Shown: piece by piece, positions 40,467-50,954 of the stretch
How positions within the stretch are numbered: position 1 is the first letter of the stretch
Layout: the number at the start of each line of letters is the position of its first letter
Source: Smithellaceae bacterium
GTDB taxonomy: Bacteria > Desulfobacterota > Syntrophia > Syntrophales > Smithellaceae
Assembly: GCA_963667845.2 (NCBI GenBank)
Contig: CAXXVL010000002.1
Span: 1,248,001-1,312,000 of the forward strand
Direction: 5' to 3'
DNA length: 64,000 bases
The notes under the pieces: model-generated
Database searches by the model: none
Seen by the model: only the letters and a program-made list of their open reading frames with translations
Told to the model about the DNA's origin: nothing
Translations under genes and position numbers: made by a program

Positions 40467-40862
40467 CAAGATGAACCTCCTCCAAATTAGTTGCACAAGT
40501 GCTGAAGTGTTGCCGATGCTGCTGATTAAAAATTCGAAAATCTCGAAAATGAAGATGAATAATAAAACTTTTACGACTGAATGAGATTTTCCGCAAATAT
40601 TTTTTTGCTGCTGTTTCTTCGGATCAGCGGCGAGCCCGAACATTTTCCATTTTCGGTGAAATACCGTCCGGTAACCCGAGGCAGAAATTGTGCTCTTTTT
40701 TGGATGCCGCAACTGTTCTCAACATCAGGCATTGTTTAGTACTCGTCAATGAACGCATCACCAGAACTGTTTCTGATCTCACAATTAATTGAATCCTGTT
40801 TCAAAGTGTGTTAGGTCTTTTCTATAGCGATATTTCACTGTTTTTTACGGAGCGCGGGACGG

Positions 40863-42089
40863 ATGAGTGTTTTTGAATACGTGGCGTTGGATGAAAAAGG
40901 GCATGAGCGCAAGGGATTTGTCGATGCCCCGGGCGTGTCCGTCGCGCGTCAGCAGCTGCGTGAGGAAGGGATTTATCCGGTAGATATTTATCCGGCCCGG
41001 GAGAAAAAAAATTCGGCCTTTGCCGGCGCGCTGGAGATCAGTTTCTTTCAGAAGGTTACGGCAAAAGAGGTTTCGATTTTTACCCGCCAGCTCTCCACAT
41101 TGCTCGGTGCGGGCATCCCTCTGGTGCCGTCCTTTTCCGTGCTGCTCGCGCAGACGAAAAAGCCGATCCTGCAAAAAATCCTGGCACAAATCCGGGCCGA
41201 TCTCAATGAAGGAAAAAGCCTGACATCCGGTATGGAAAAATTTCCCCGCGTTTTCCCGCCTTTCTATATCAATATGGTCAAGGCCGGCGAGGCCTCGGGC
41301 ACGATCAACCTGGTCCTGGAGCGTCTCGCCGATTTCAGTGAAAACCAACAGGCGCTCTTGAGCAAAATCCGCTCGGCGCTGGCTTATCCGCTGATCATGC
41401 TGCTGGTCGGGTCGCTGGTTATTTTCCTGCTCATGACTTTTGTCGTCCCGCGGATTACGGAAATCTTCTCCGATATGAAACAGACGCTGCCGTTCATTAC
41501 CGTTATTCTGATAGCCGTCAGCCATTTTTTGAAATCATTCTGGTGGCTGATCGGCCTCGTCATTGCGGCCGCAGTTGTGGCGTTCAAATATCTGACGACG
41601 GGCACCGAGGCCGGCCGCCGCTTCTGGGATTCGATTCGCTTGAAGGCGCCCGTCTGGGGGCAGGTGAATCTCAAAATCGCCATCGCCCGGTTTGCCCGGA
41701 CACTGGCAACGCTCCTGCAGAGCGGCGTTCCGCTTCTGGCGGCGATGGAAATTGTCATGAACGTCGTCAATAATATTTATATCGGCGAGATGATCGCCCG
41801 GGCCGCCCGGGATGTGGAGGAAGGCCAGAGCCTGGCCGCGCCGCTGGCCGCGAACGGCCTTTTCCCGCCGATGGTGACGGAAATGATCGCCGTCGGAGAA
41901 CAGAGCGGGTCGCTGGAAAAAATGCTGAACCGCATTGCCGTATCCTACGAGACGGAGGTGCAATCGGATATCATGGTGATGACGTCCTTATTGGAACCGC
42001 TGATGATTCTGGTGATGGGACTGCTGGTCGGCTTCATTGTGTTTTCGATCTTGCTGCCTATATTTGAAATGAACCAGTTGGTCAAGTGA
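40863..42089 (+). CDS. gspF: Type II secretion inner-membrane platform protein F
   Basis: FTRQL.TLL.AG.PL, AGEASG, SALAYP and LLEP. Confidence 0.93.
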   Translation: MSVFEYVALDEKGHERKGFVDAPGVSVARQQLREEGIYPVDIYPAREKKNSAFAGALEISFFQKVTAKEVSIFTRQLSTLLGAGIPLVPSFSVLLAQTKKPILQKILAQIRADLNEGKSLTSGMEKFPRVFPPFYINMVKAGEASGTINLVLERLADFSENQQALLSKIRSALAYPLIMLLVGSLVIFLLMTFVVPRITEIFSDMKQTLPFITVILIAVSHFLKSFWWLIGLVIAAAVVAFKYLTTGTEAGRRFWDSIRLKAPVWGQVNLKIAIARFARTLATLLQSGVPLLAAMEIVMNVVNNIYIGEMIARAARDVEEGQSLAAPLAANGLFPPMVTEMIAVGEQSGSLEKMLNRIAVSYETEVQSDIMVMTSLLEPLMILVMGLLVGFIVFSILLPIFEMNQLVK

Positions 42090-42211
42090 CGGCTTCATAA
42101 AAGCGCCATATGCGGCGTTGCGCTGCACCCTTCGTCACTGCGGCCAACAAAAGTAGGCCTCATTCCTCAGGGCTTGCGCGCCTTGCCTCTGGCATTTTTA
42201 TAAAGCCGTCA
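42087..42211 (+). mobile_element. ~125 bp MITE-like repeat, copy 1
   Basis: Terminal inverted repeat TGACGGCTTCATAAAA / TTTTATAAAGCCGTCA. Internal TATGCGGCGTTGCGCTGCA and TTGCGCGCCTTGC are shared with the 57761-57881 copy. Confidence 0.7.
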
Positions 42212-42233
42212 AAATTAAGTACTAAGAGAGGTT

Positions 42234-42689
42234 GTGATGAAAACGGATAAACAACAAAAAAGTCGTGAAGCCGGTTTTACATTGATTGAACTGATGGTGG
42301 TGATCGTCATTCTGGGGCTGCTCGCCGGTCTTATTCTGCCGCGGTTTATCGGCCAGTCGGACACGGCCAAGCGACAGGCAGCCAAGACCCAGATGGCGCT
42401 TCTGGAGAGCGCACTCAAGATGTACAAGCTCGACAATGGCAGTTACCCGACAACAGAACAGGGACTGAAAGCGCTCGTCGAACCGCCCACCTCGGGCAAC
42501 CTGCCCAAAAACTGGCGCAAGGGCGGCTACCTGGAAAAAGGAAAAGTGCCCAAGGATCCCTGGAAGAATGAATTTATTTATGTCAGTCCCGGCAGCCACG
42601 GCGATTTCGATATCACATCTCTGGGGGCTGACGGGGAACCCGGTGGTGAGGACTTTGATAAAGACATTAACAGCTGGGACGCCGACTAA
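42234..42689 (+). CDS. gspG: Type II secretion major pseudopilin G
   Basis: GFTLIELMVV, YKLDNG.YPTTEQGL.AL and DPW. Confidence 0.97.
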   Translation: MMKTDKQQKSREAGFTLIELMVVIVILGLLAGLILPRFIGQSDTAKRQAAKTQMALLESALKMYKLDNGSYPTTEQGLKALVEPPTSGNLPKNWRKGGYLEKGKVPKDPWKNEFIYVSPGSHGDFDITSLGADGEPGGEDFDKDINSWDAD

Positions 42690-42716
42690 ACGGGGATTTC
42701 CCGGGAATCAAGAGAA

Positions 42717-43295
42717 ATGATGCCGAAAGCAGCATATGGCCTTCGCGTGCCCTCGTCCGTCAAGGCATTTACAGAGAATTCCGGGTTCACGCTCGTCGAG
42801 CTGCTGATCGTCATCGCGCTCATCGGCGTGGTGCTGGCGCTGGCTGTGCCGTCGACGCGCGATGCCCTCACCGTCAACTCGCTCAAAAAAGCGTCGCGGC
42901 AGCTCATCGGCCTTACGCGCCAGCTGCGCACGGACGCGGTGCGCGATCAAAGCGATTACATCCTGGTCGTCAAGATTCCCGATGCCAGCTACTATGTCAT
43001 CACGCCGGATATGACGCCCGAAAAACTGCTGGAGATTGAAAAGCAGGCCAAGCAACTTTCCGGCGGGGTTTCCATTCTGGATATCGTCCGGGAGAAAAAT
43101 GAAAAAATTACCGAAGGCAAAGTCAACATCAAATTCGGGAAAAACAATATCGGTCCGCCGCTGGTCATCCATCTGGCCGAAGACGAGGACCGCATGACGC
43201 TGGTGATCAATCCGTTCCTGGGCGTGACCGCCGTCTATGAGAGTTACAGGGATATTTCCGTCGACGACGGTCTGGGCAGCGACACGGCGAGATAA
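42717..43295 (+). CDS. gspH: Minor pseudopilin, GspH-like
   Basis: GFTLVELL prepilin motif; position after gspG. Confidence 0.75.
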   Translation: MMPKAAYGLRVPSSVKAFTENSGFTLVELLIVIALIGVVLALAVPSTRDALTVNSLKKASRQLIGLTRQLRTDAVRDQSDYILVVKIPDASYYVITPDMTPEKLLEIEKQAKQLSGGVSILDIVREKNEKITEGKVNIKFGKNNIGPPLVIHLAEDEDRMTLVINPFLGVTAVYESYRDISVDDGLGSDTAR

Positions 43296-43306
43296 AAGGA
43301 AAGGGC

Positions 43307-43675
43307 ATGCGCGTTAAAGACGCCGGTTTTACACTTCTGGAAGTCATGGTGGCCATGTCCATTCTGGCGATTGCGCTGGTGGCGGTTTTTCAGCTGCAGT
43401 CGCAGAGCATTTCCATGTCCACCTCTGCACGGTTTATGACCACGGCTTCGTTTTTGGCTCAGAGCAAAATGGCCGATGTCGAAGCGGACGCGGCGCTCGC
43501 CAACAAGAGCCAGAAGGGCGATTTTGCGCCCGACTTTCCGGAATACAAATGGACGGTTCAGGTAACGGATACCAAGATTCCCAAGCTCAAACGGATTGAG
43601 GTCAACGTCCTGCACAGCGCCCTGGCCGAGGGCAATGCATATCAGCTCGTTTTCTATAAGACGGGTGGGATGTGA
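43307..43675 (+). CDS. gspI: Minor pseudopilin I
   Basis: GFTLLEVMVAMSILA; size and position fit. Confidence 0.85.
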   Translation: MRVKDAGFTLLEVMVAMSILAIALVAVFQLQSQSISMSTSARFMTTASFLAQSKMADVEADAALANKSQKGDFAPDFPEYKWTVQVTDTKIPKLKRIEVNVLHSALAEGNAYQLVFYKTGGM

Positions 43676-44343
43676 CCATGAAGAGCCAACCGTCTATTCC
43701 ATCACGCCCGTCGCGCGGGTTTACCCTGATTGAGATTTTAATCGCTATTTTCATTCTGGGTGTCGTGCTCACGACGATCTATGCGGCCTACACCGGGACG
43801 ATGACGGTCATCAAACAACTGAACAGCGAATCCCGCGTGTATCAAATGGCCCGCATCACACTGGATCGGATGAGCAGGGATTTATCTTCGCTCCAGCGCG
43901 CAGGCGATGTCTTCGTGCTGCAATCCCAAAAAACGGCAGTCGGCCGAAGCGAGTTCGGATCGCTTCTCACGTGGTCGTCGTCCCATCTGGTTTTTGAGGA
44001 AGACGAGGTTCCCGGAGCTCCCGCGACGATTTTCTATTTTGTCAAGGAGGACAAAGACGGGGGATTTTCACTCTGGAGGTCCGATGTCGCGGATTCCAAG
44101 CCGAACACGGATACCCGATCAGCCGGCGGCGTGATCATTTGCGAGAATCTGCAGGCGCTGAATCTGAAGTTTTACGATGAAGGCGGCGCCGAACATGATA
44201 CGTGGGATACGGCGTCTTCCGCAGAGGGCCAGAAGGGGAAGCCTCCGGTACTGGTTCAAATCGAATTGGTGCTGGCCAACGCAGAGGATGCCGAAAAGCC
44301 GTATAAATTTAAGACCAGGGTTTTCCTGCCGGTGAGAAAATGA
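43672..44343 (+). CDS. gspJ: Minor pseudopilin J
   Basis: GFTLIEILIA, RM.RDL and P.LVQIEL. Confidence 0.85.
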   Translation: MTMKSQPSIPSRPSRGFTLIEILIAIFILGVVLTTIYAAYTGTMTVIKQLNSESRVYQMARITLDRMSRDLSSLQRAGDVFVLQSQKTAVGRSEFGSLLTWSSSHLVFEEDEVPGAPATIFYFVKEDKDGGFSLWRSDVADSKPNTDTRSAGGVIICENLQALNLKFYDEGGAEHDTWDTASSAEGQKGKPPVLVQIELVLANAEDAEKPYKFKTRVFLPVRK

Positions 44344-45314
44344 AGCGGACGAAAGAAATCTTGCAGAGCCAGTCCGGGATCGCGCTGGTCACGGTTATTC
44401 TGATTATCAGCATTCTGGTGGCGGCCGCGCTCGAACTGAACCGGTCGACGCGCGCCGATGTGTATGACGCGGCTAATCTCAGCGATGGCCTCAAGCTCAC
44501 CTATGTGGCCAAATCAGGCTTTTACGGGGCGGCGGCTCTGCTTGTCAATTCCAATAATCCGTATGATACTCTGCGCGATGACTGGGCCAACACAGAGGCG
44601 CTCTCCGTCCAGTCCCAAACCTTATTCACCAACGGTTATTTTATGGTCAAAATCGAAGATGAAAAAGGGAAAATTCCGCTCAATAAACTGGTGACCGGCA
44701 GCACTGTCAACGCCGATATCAAAGACATGCTGCTCAGACTCCTTCGCGCGCCGGAATTTGATCTGGGCGATCGCAAGGCGGCGGAGATTGTGGACGCCAT
44801 CATCGATTGGATAGATGCCGATAACAGCGTGACGGGTATGGGTGCGGAAAGTTCTTATTATGCATCTCTTCCCAGGCCATACGCCGCGAAAAACGCGCCG
44901 CTTGATTGCATTGAGGAAATGCTTATGATAAAAGGCATTACAAATGAACTTTTTGCCGGGACAAAGGATAAACCTGCGCTTCGGCAACTGGTGACGATTT
45001 ACGGCACGGGAGCCATCAACATCAACACGGCGCCGAAAATGGTTTTAAGATCCCTTTCACCGGATATCACAGTTGAAATGGCCAATAAAATGGATGAATA
45101 CCGGAGAAGCAAAAGCAGCGATCTGTCGTCCGCAGACTGGTATCATCGGGTTCCCGGCGTCGGAAATGTGACGATAAAGGCGGGGCTGATTGACGTGGCC
45201 AAAGGCAACTATTTTAAGATTTACTCGAATGGCGTGGCTGATAAGATGCAGCAGAGTGTTTCCGGCGTGATCCAGCGGACGCCTTTCCAGCTGGTAAGTT
45301 GGAGGCCCGATTAA
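44340..45314 (+). CDS. gspK: Minor pseudopilin K
   Basis: GIAL (no Glu5), IEDE.GKI.LN, DWID.D, GAE..YY and ININTAP. Confidence 0.93.
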   Translation: MKRTKEILQSQSGIALVTVILIISILVAAALELNRSTRADVYDAANLSDGLKLTYVAKSGFYGAAALLVNSNNPYDTLRDDWANTEALSVQSQTLFTNGYFMVKIEDEKGKIPLNKLVTGSTVNADIKDMLLRLLRAPEFDLGDRKAAEIVDAIIDWIDADNSVTGMGAESSYYASLPRPYAAKNAPLDCIEEMLMIKGITNELFAGTKDKPALRQLVTIYGTGAININTAPKMVLRSLSPDITVEMANKMDEYRRSKSSDLSSADWYHRVPGVGNVTIKAGLIDVAKGNYFKIYSNGVADKMQQSVSGVIQRTPFQLVSWRPD

Positions 45315-46843
45315 TGCCCGAGACGATTTGCTCTCTGGATATCGGGACGAGCAGCGTGAAAGCGCTTCTGACGGTCTCCCGCGGCCGGATGGATGCACGC
45401 ATTCTTGCTTTTGAGACCGTGCGGTTCGACGACGGCATCACGTTGGATGCGGCGCTCACAAAGATCGCCGAGACGATCCGGCCTCTGGCTCCATCCAGGA
45501 TTCGCTGCGCGGTTTCGCTGCCTCCTTCCGATGTGATGTTCCGGCAAATTCATCTGCCCTTTCGTGACGAAAATAAAATCAGGAAGACCCTGTGCTTTGA
45601 ACTGGAACCACTGCTCGCGCTGCCCATCGAGGAAGTCGCTGCCGACTTCGTGCATCTTCCGGGAGACGGACTGCTTGCAGCCGCAATCGGCAAGGCAAGA
45701 ATCCGGGAAGTCATCGCGGCGGTGGAAGCACATCTGGGTTACGTATCAGCAATCGATATCGCCGCGGCGTCACTCGTTTTGCCGCTTCTGGAACAAAAAC
45801 CGGTAACCGGTGCGGGGATTGTGCTGGATATCGGCGCCTCCTCCACGGTTGCGTCCTTCTATGAAAAGAACGCGCTCGTTCAGATACGGTCTTTCGCTTT
45901 TGGAGGCGAAACCGTCACCAGGGCGCTGGCTGCGGATTTATCCTGCGACCTCCGGGAGGCGGAGCAAATTAAGATCAACGTGGCTTACGGCGCAAACATC
46001 GGCGGAGCCCTGGCGGCGTGCAGCAGCTTCTGCTCCGAGCTTGCCAATACGGTCGAATTCCTGCGGCTAAATGATGCCCTGCAAAGCGCGCCCGAGCAGA
46101 TCATGACCACCGGGGGCGGCTCAATGTTCTCGCCGCTCACCTTAGAACTTGGAAAAAGGCTGGGCATCCCTGTGGAGGCTTTCGACTATCGCCGGTTCGG
46201 AAATGTGGAAATCGACGAAAAGATAAAAAGAGACGGTCTGCTTCCCGCGATGGCGGCGGCACTCGCAACGGCGAAAAGGAGCTACGCGTCGCACAAATCC
46301 TTCAATTTCCGGCAGGGGGAATTTGCGGCAAAAAGTGTCCGCGGCGATTTTGGTAAGCAATTGCGCTTCGGGGCAATCATCACCGGCATTATTTTACTTT
46401 TGGCGGCAGTCGATCTGTTGCTCGATTACCAGGTACAGGCGAAACAGGCGGCCGCTCTGAAAAGTCAGATCCGACTCATCTTTAATAAATATTATCCGCC
46501 CCCGGCTGTCATGGTTGACCCGGTGAGCCAGTTAAAGGCGAAACTCATCGAAGACCGTAAAGCCTATGGGATTGACGCCGGAGGGTCGCAAGTGACGGTG
46601 CTGGAGTTGTTAAAGGATATGTCCGGTTTCATCCCGCCCGCGCTGGACGTCATCATTACCCACCTGCATTATGAAAATAATGTTGTCCTGCTCAAAGGCG
46701 AAGCAAAAAAGATTGACGACGTGACGGCGGTAAAGAACGAACTCCTTAAATCGAGATACTTCAAAAATGTTGCGATCAGCCAAACCAGTCTTGCCCGGGA
46801 AGGCGTCAAATTGAATTTTGACTTGAGGATTGAACTGAAATGA
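45314..46843 (+). CDS. gspL: Type II secretion protein L (PilM/PilN-like fusion)
   Basis: Actin-like LDIG.SS motifs, one TM, and position in the operon. Confidence 0.85.
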   Translation: MPETICSLDIGTSSVKALLTVSRGRMDARILAFETVRFDDGITLDAALTKIAETIRPLAPSRIRCAVSLPPSDVMFRQIHLPFRDENKIRKTLCFELEPLLALPIEEVAADFVHLPGDGLLAAAIGKARIREVIAAVEAHLGYVSAIDIAAASLVLPLLEQKPVTGAGIVLDIGASSTVASFYEKNALVQIRSFAFGGETVTRALAADLSCDLREAEQIKINVAYGANIGGALAACSSFCSELANTVEFLRLNDALQSAPEQIMTTGGGSMFSPLTLELGKRLGIPVEAFDYRRFGNVEIDEKIKRDGLLPAMAAALATAKRSYASHKSFNFRQGEFAAKSVRGDFGKQLRFGAIITGIILLLAAVDLLLDYQVQAKQAAALKSQIRLIFNKYYPPPAVMVDPVSQLKAKLIEDRKAYGIDAGGSQVTVLELLKDMSGFIPPALDVIITHLHYENNVVLLKGEAKKIDDVTAVKNELLKSRYFKNVAISQTSLAREGVKLNFDLRIELK

Positions 46844-47400
46844 TCAAGGCCTACTTTGCAAACCTGGATAACCGGCAGCGCTACCTGGTCATTTTTTGCG
46901 CAGCCGCTATAGTCGTTGCGCTGGTGCTGGCGTTTGTGGTTTTCCCGATGTGGGATGCCCGGGCCAAGATGAAGAAAACTGCATCGTCGGGTCAGAAGAA
47001 GCTTGAGGAACTGGTTAAAATCGACGCCGATTTGACCGCCCAGGAGGCTCAAATATTCCGGATTAAGCAGACGCTTGCTTCACGCCGCGCCGACTTTACG
47101 CTGTTTTCTTACCTGGAAAAAAAAGCGGTCGTCGCCAATGTCCGGGGCCGCATCAAGCAGATGAATTCCGTGCCCGGTGTAAAGTCGCCGTCGTTTGAGG
47201 AAACGCTCATTGATCTGAGTATGGAAAAAATAACGATCAAGCAACTGACGGACTTTTTGTATCAGATCGAGTCGCCCGCCGAGATGATCAGGATCAAAAG
47301 GATCAGCATTGACAAGATGAAGGAAAGCCCGGACTACATAAGCGTACAACTATTGATTGCGTCTTATACGCCGGCCTCCGGGCATCCGGGAGGGCCGTAA
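46840..47400 (+). CDS. gspM: Type II secretion protein M
   Basis: N-terminal L.NRQR..TM..P, a coiled coil and FLY.IE. Confidence 0.8.
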   Translation: MIKAYFANLDNRQRYLVIFCAAAIVVALVLAFVVFPMWDARAKMKKTASSGQKKLEELVKIDADLTAQEAQIFRIKQTLASRRADFTLFSYLEKKAVVANVRGRIKQMNSVPGVKSPSFEETLIDLSMEKITIKQLTDFLYQIESPAEMIRIKRISIDKMKESPDYISVQLLIASYTPASGHPGGP

Positions 47401-47404
47401 CGCG

Positions 47405-48232
47405 ATGCGCTTTCTGAAAAATAAAGTTCTCTGGCTGATAATTTACGCGATAGTCATCACGGGCGTCTTTTTATATCTTCTTTTTCCCTCGGCACTCGTC
47501 CTCACGCAGATGGAAGGCGCAGCCGGGTCCGCAGGTTATCTTCTGAAGGCCGGATCTTTGCATCCTTCTTTGCCTCTGGGGATCAAATTCAAGGATTTGA
47601 CGGTCCGCATGTCGGACCTGCCGGGCGATGTTTTTTTTCAGGGAGAATTACTGGATCTGCAGATTAATCCGGTCACGATTTTCGGTAAGCTAAAGACGAT
47701 CCGTTTTAAGGGCCGGTCCTACAGCGGCAGCTTTGACGGCAGCGCCGGCTTCTTGTCGCTTTCGCCCGCGACCCCGCCCGCGGAAGGGAAAATAAACTTT
47801 CGCAATATCGATCTGGCCCGGTACAATCCGCCCGGCTTGCCCTTTCTGAAAGGCATGACCGGCCTTGCCCGGGGATCGGCCTTTTATGCGCAGGTCGACC
47901 CGGTAAGCCGGTATCCTCTGGGGAAACTATCGCTTTACATGAGCCGGGGTTCGTTTCCGCTTCGGGAACCCTTTCTGGGAGTCTCGAGGATTGAATTCGA
48001 CCGCGGCGAAATTCAGGCGCAATTGAAAAACGGCGCTGTGCTGCTGGAGAAGCTTGAAATCTTCGGCTCGCAGATGAACTGTCTTTTAAACGGCAGCATC
48101 ACGCTTGCGGATCGGCCCGACGAGAGCCGGCTCAATCTGAAGGGTGTTCTGGAGATCGCCGGCAAAAATAAAATTAAGATGAATGTGACGGTGGGCGGAA
48201 CATTGGCCAATCCGTCCGTCCGCTACATATAA
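47405..48232 (+). CDS. gspN: Type II secretion protein N
   Basis: N-terminal TM ending in FP, beta-rich body and C-terminal GTL.NP. Confidence 0.8.
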   Translation: MRFLKNKVLWLIIYAIVITGVFLYLLFPSALVLTQMEGAAGSAGYLLKAGSLHPSLPLGIKFKDLTVRMSDLPGDVFFQGELLDLQINPVTIFGKLKTIRFKGRSYSGSFDGSAGFLSLSPATPPAEGKINFRNIDLARYNPPGLPFLKGMTGLARGSAFYAQVDPVSRYPLGKLSLYMSRGSFPLREPFLGVSRIEFDRGEIQAQLKNGAVLLEKLEIFGSQMNCLLNGSITLADRPDESRLNLKGVLEIAGKNKIKMNVTVGGTLANPSVRYI

Positions 48233-48254
48233 GACGAGATAGGGCTGTGGGGCA

Positions 48255-49175
48255 ATGCACGTGAAGGATGTGCCGGTGAAAATCACACAATGGATTAGGG
48301 CAAAGATTGACGGGATTCCCGGCGCGCCGGCCGACATGTCGGCGCTTGCCAATATGGCCGGGCCGGTGCTGATTGTCCTCGCCGTCACGATTTTGTCATT
48401 TCTTTGCGTGGATATCCTGTATAAGGCGGTCAGTCTGCAGGCAGGCTTCGGCCCGGCGGCCAGGACAAATCAATCGGGAAAGGCCGCACAGCCGGGGTTG
48501 CAAGCTCAGCCCGCCGAAAGGTATAATATCATTGCCGAGCGCAATTTGTTTCTGACCACGCTCCAGGCGATTGTTGATAAAAATACGGCCGGCGGCCTTC
48601 TGCCCAGCGAGGAATATACAGCCTTCGATTTGAAGGGAACGATCGCCATTGATCCAAACCTGGGGTATGCCATCGTGGAAGAAAAAGGCAAAGGCAAGCA
48701 GAAGCTTTACAGGCTGGGCGATATGATCGGGTCGGCCAAACTGGTGCGTATTACGCGCAATACGGCTGTGTTAAAAGGTGCCGAAAAAGAATTTGTAATG
48801 AAGATCAAGGAGGTTGCCGAGGGTTCCGGTCCGGGACGTTTCGGCCAGGGGTCGGGAAGCGGGATTGCCGTCAGCAGGCAGGAGGTGACCCAAAGCCTCG
48901 GCGACTTAAAATCCATTATGAGCCAGGCGGTTGTCCGGCCTTTTTTTGCCGGCGGTGTCCAGCAGGGGTTTGTGGTGTCCAATATCGTACCCGGCAGTCT
49001 CTACCAGAAGCTGGGTCTGCAAAACGGCGACGTTGTCGTGGATGTCAACAGCAAAAAACTGGAAAGCGCCGACGATATTTTGCAGCTGGTGAATGTGATG
49101 CAGACGGGCGGAAGCGTGACCGTCAATCTGCTGCGTAACGGACAGAATGAAACCATTAATTATTCTTTTCACTGA
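48255..49175 (+). CDS. gspC: Type II secretion protein C with PDZ domain
   Basis: TM, ERNLF, LKGT and PDZ (LGLQNGD....VN). Confidence 0.88.
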   Translation: MHVKDVPVKITQWIRAKIDGIPGAPADMSALANMAGPVLIVLAVTILSFLCVDILYKAVSLQAGFGPAARTNQSGKAAQPGLQAQPAERYNIIAERNLFLTTLQAIVDKNTAGGLLPSEEYTAFDLKGTIAIDPNLGYAIVEEKGKGKQKLYRLGDMIGSAKLVRITRNTAVLKGAEKEFVMKIKEVAEGSGPGRFGQGSGSGIAVSRQEVTQSLGDLKSIMSQAVVRPFFAGGVQQGFVVSNIVPGSLYQKLGLQNGDVVVDVNSKKLESADDILQLVNVMQTGGSVTVNLLRNGQNETINYSFH

Positions 49176-49199
49176 AAGATCGGCGGGAGTTGACTGGCC

Positions 49200-50102
49200 A
49201 TGTATGCCGCGTATTTTGGCTTAAAAGAGAATCCGTTCAAGCTGACGCCGGAGCCGGGCTATCTGTTTTTGAGCGAACAGCACCGCGACGCGCTTAATTA
49301 CCTGATCTACGGTATTAAGGAAAAAAAGGGATTCGTCCTGATTTCCGGCGGTATCGGCACGGGTAAAACCACCCTTTGCCGCACGTTGCTTAATCTGCTG
49401 GATTCCCAGGTGGAGACGGCCCTGATTTTCAATACCGCGATTTCCGATATGGAGCTTCTGGAGACTGTGGTCACGGAATTCGGCATTGACGTGCCACGTG
49501 AAGCCGGAACGAAGAAAGCTTATGTGGATGCACTCAATGCGTTTCTGCTGGCGAATTTTGCCGCAGGTAAAAACGCGGTGCTGCTCGTCGACGAAGCCCA
49601 GAATCTTTCCCACGGCGTCCTCGAGCAAATCCGCATGCTTTCCAACCTGGAAACGGAAAAAGAAAAGCTCCTGCAGATCATTTTAGTCGGACAGCCCGAG
49701 CTTAAAGCCGCGTTGACGCTTCCGGCGCTTCGGCAGTTAAATGAGAGAATTACGGTGCGTTACGATTTGAAGCCTTTATCCCAGGGCGAGGTTGTGACGT
49801 ATATCAATCATCGTCTGAGTGTCGCCGGGGGGCCCGGAACGCTTCAATTTGCGGCAGGCGCCTATCGGCAGGTTTTTTATTTTTCCGAGGGGATACCGCG
49901 CCGGATCAACGCGCTGTGCGACCGGGCGCTTTTGATTGCGTATACAAAAAATACCAGCCGGATTAACCGTAAGATGATCCGGCTGGCGGCCCGGGATATC
50001 GGCGGTGAATATTTCCAAAAGACTGTGAGCGGCGGCCGGAAGCTGTGGATGCGTCTGACAACGTGGAACGATAAAATATTCTTAAACGGCGGAGAAAGAT
50101 GA
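49200..50102 (+). CDS. ExeA/GspA-family AAA ATPase
   Basis: MY..YFGL.E.PF.LTP, GTGKT, DEAQNL, LVGQPEL and G.PR.IN.LCD. Confidence 0.9.
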   Translation: MYAAYFGLKENPFKLTPEPGYLFLSEQHRDALNYLIYGIKEKKGFVLISGGIGTGKTTLCRTLLNLLDSQVETALIFNTAISDMELLETVVTEFGIDVPREAGTKKAYVDALNAFLLANFAAGKNAVLLVDEAQNLSHGVLEQIRMLSNLETEKEKLLQIILVGQPELKAALTLPALRQLNERITVRYDLKPLSQGEVVTYINHRLSVAGGPGTLQFAAGAYRQVFYFSEGIPRRINALCDRALLIAYTKNTSRINRKMIRLAARDIGGEYFQKTVSGGRKLWMRLTTWNDKIFLNGGER

Positions 50103-50953
50103 GCTACATAAACGACGCTTTGCACAAAGTCCAGAAAGAAAAAGAGTCGCCTTATGCGTCCTATGGACACGTTCTTGCGGCGCAAAGTGCAAAGACCGGC
50201 ACGGGAAGAAAACGGGTTTTGATATCAGGTTTCGCGGCCGTCTTATTCCTGGCTGCGGGCCTGGCGGTGTGGCAAAACCTGCCGGACATCCCCGAGACGC
50301 CCCGGGCTCGGCCGCCTGTTCAACATCCGGACGGCGCGGTGGCTGAACCCCTGGCCGGTATACTCGCGGCTGCGATTCCGAAAACACTGACGGAGTCTGC
50401 GGAACCCTCACAGACCACAGAGCCTCGCCCCCTGAATAGCGAAATGACGTCTGCTTTGAGTAAAGTGCCGGTGCCCCAGATCAAGGAAAAAAGCCGGACC
50501 GCGGCAATTCCCGAACCCCGGCCGCATCGGGAAGCCCTGCCGGGGCAGGTACCCGCCGATGCGGGCAAACTTTACGCACAGGCGCTGCAGGCGCAGCGCG
50601 AAGGTCGTCTGGAAGAAGCCGAGGAACTCTATAAGAAGGTTATTCAAAAGGAGCCGCGCCACCTCCAGGCACTCAATAATCTGGGCGTGGTTTATCTGAA
50701 GATGAAAAGATATAAATGGGCGATTATCCGGTTTAATGACGCTCTGACCGTCAAACGCGACTATGCCGATGCGCATTATAATCTGGCTTGTCTTTATGCC
50801 CAAAAAAATGATACGAAACAAAGTATATTTTATTTGAAGAACGCGGTTGATTCCAATCCGGAGGTCCGGCAATGGGCGAGTCAGGACGAGGATTTAAAAA
50901 ATCTGGCCGGTCTCCCCGAGTTTGGCAATATTATAAAGGGACGGGATCAATGA
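50099..50953 (+). CDS. ExeB/GspB-like membrane protein with TPR repeats
   Basis: MSYI.DAL.K start, a TM, a Pro-rich linker and TPRs (ALNNLG, AHYNLA). Confidence 0.75.
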   Translation: MSYINDALHKVQKEKESPYASYGHVLAAQSAKTGTGRKRVLISGFAAVLFLAAGLAVWQNLPDIPETPRARPPVQHPDGAVAEPLAGILAAAIPKTLTESAEPSQTTEPRPLNSEMTSALSKVPVPQIKEKSRTAAIPEPRPHREALPGQVPADAGKLYAQALQAQREGRLEEAEELYKKVIQKEPRHLQALNNLGVVYLKMKRYKWAIIRFNDALTVKRDYADAHYNLACLYAQKNDTKQSIFYLKNAVDSNPEVRQWASQDEDLKNLAGLPEFGNIIKGRDQ

Positions 50954-50954
50954 G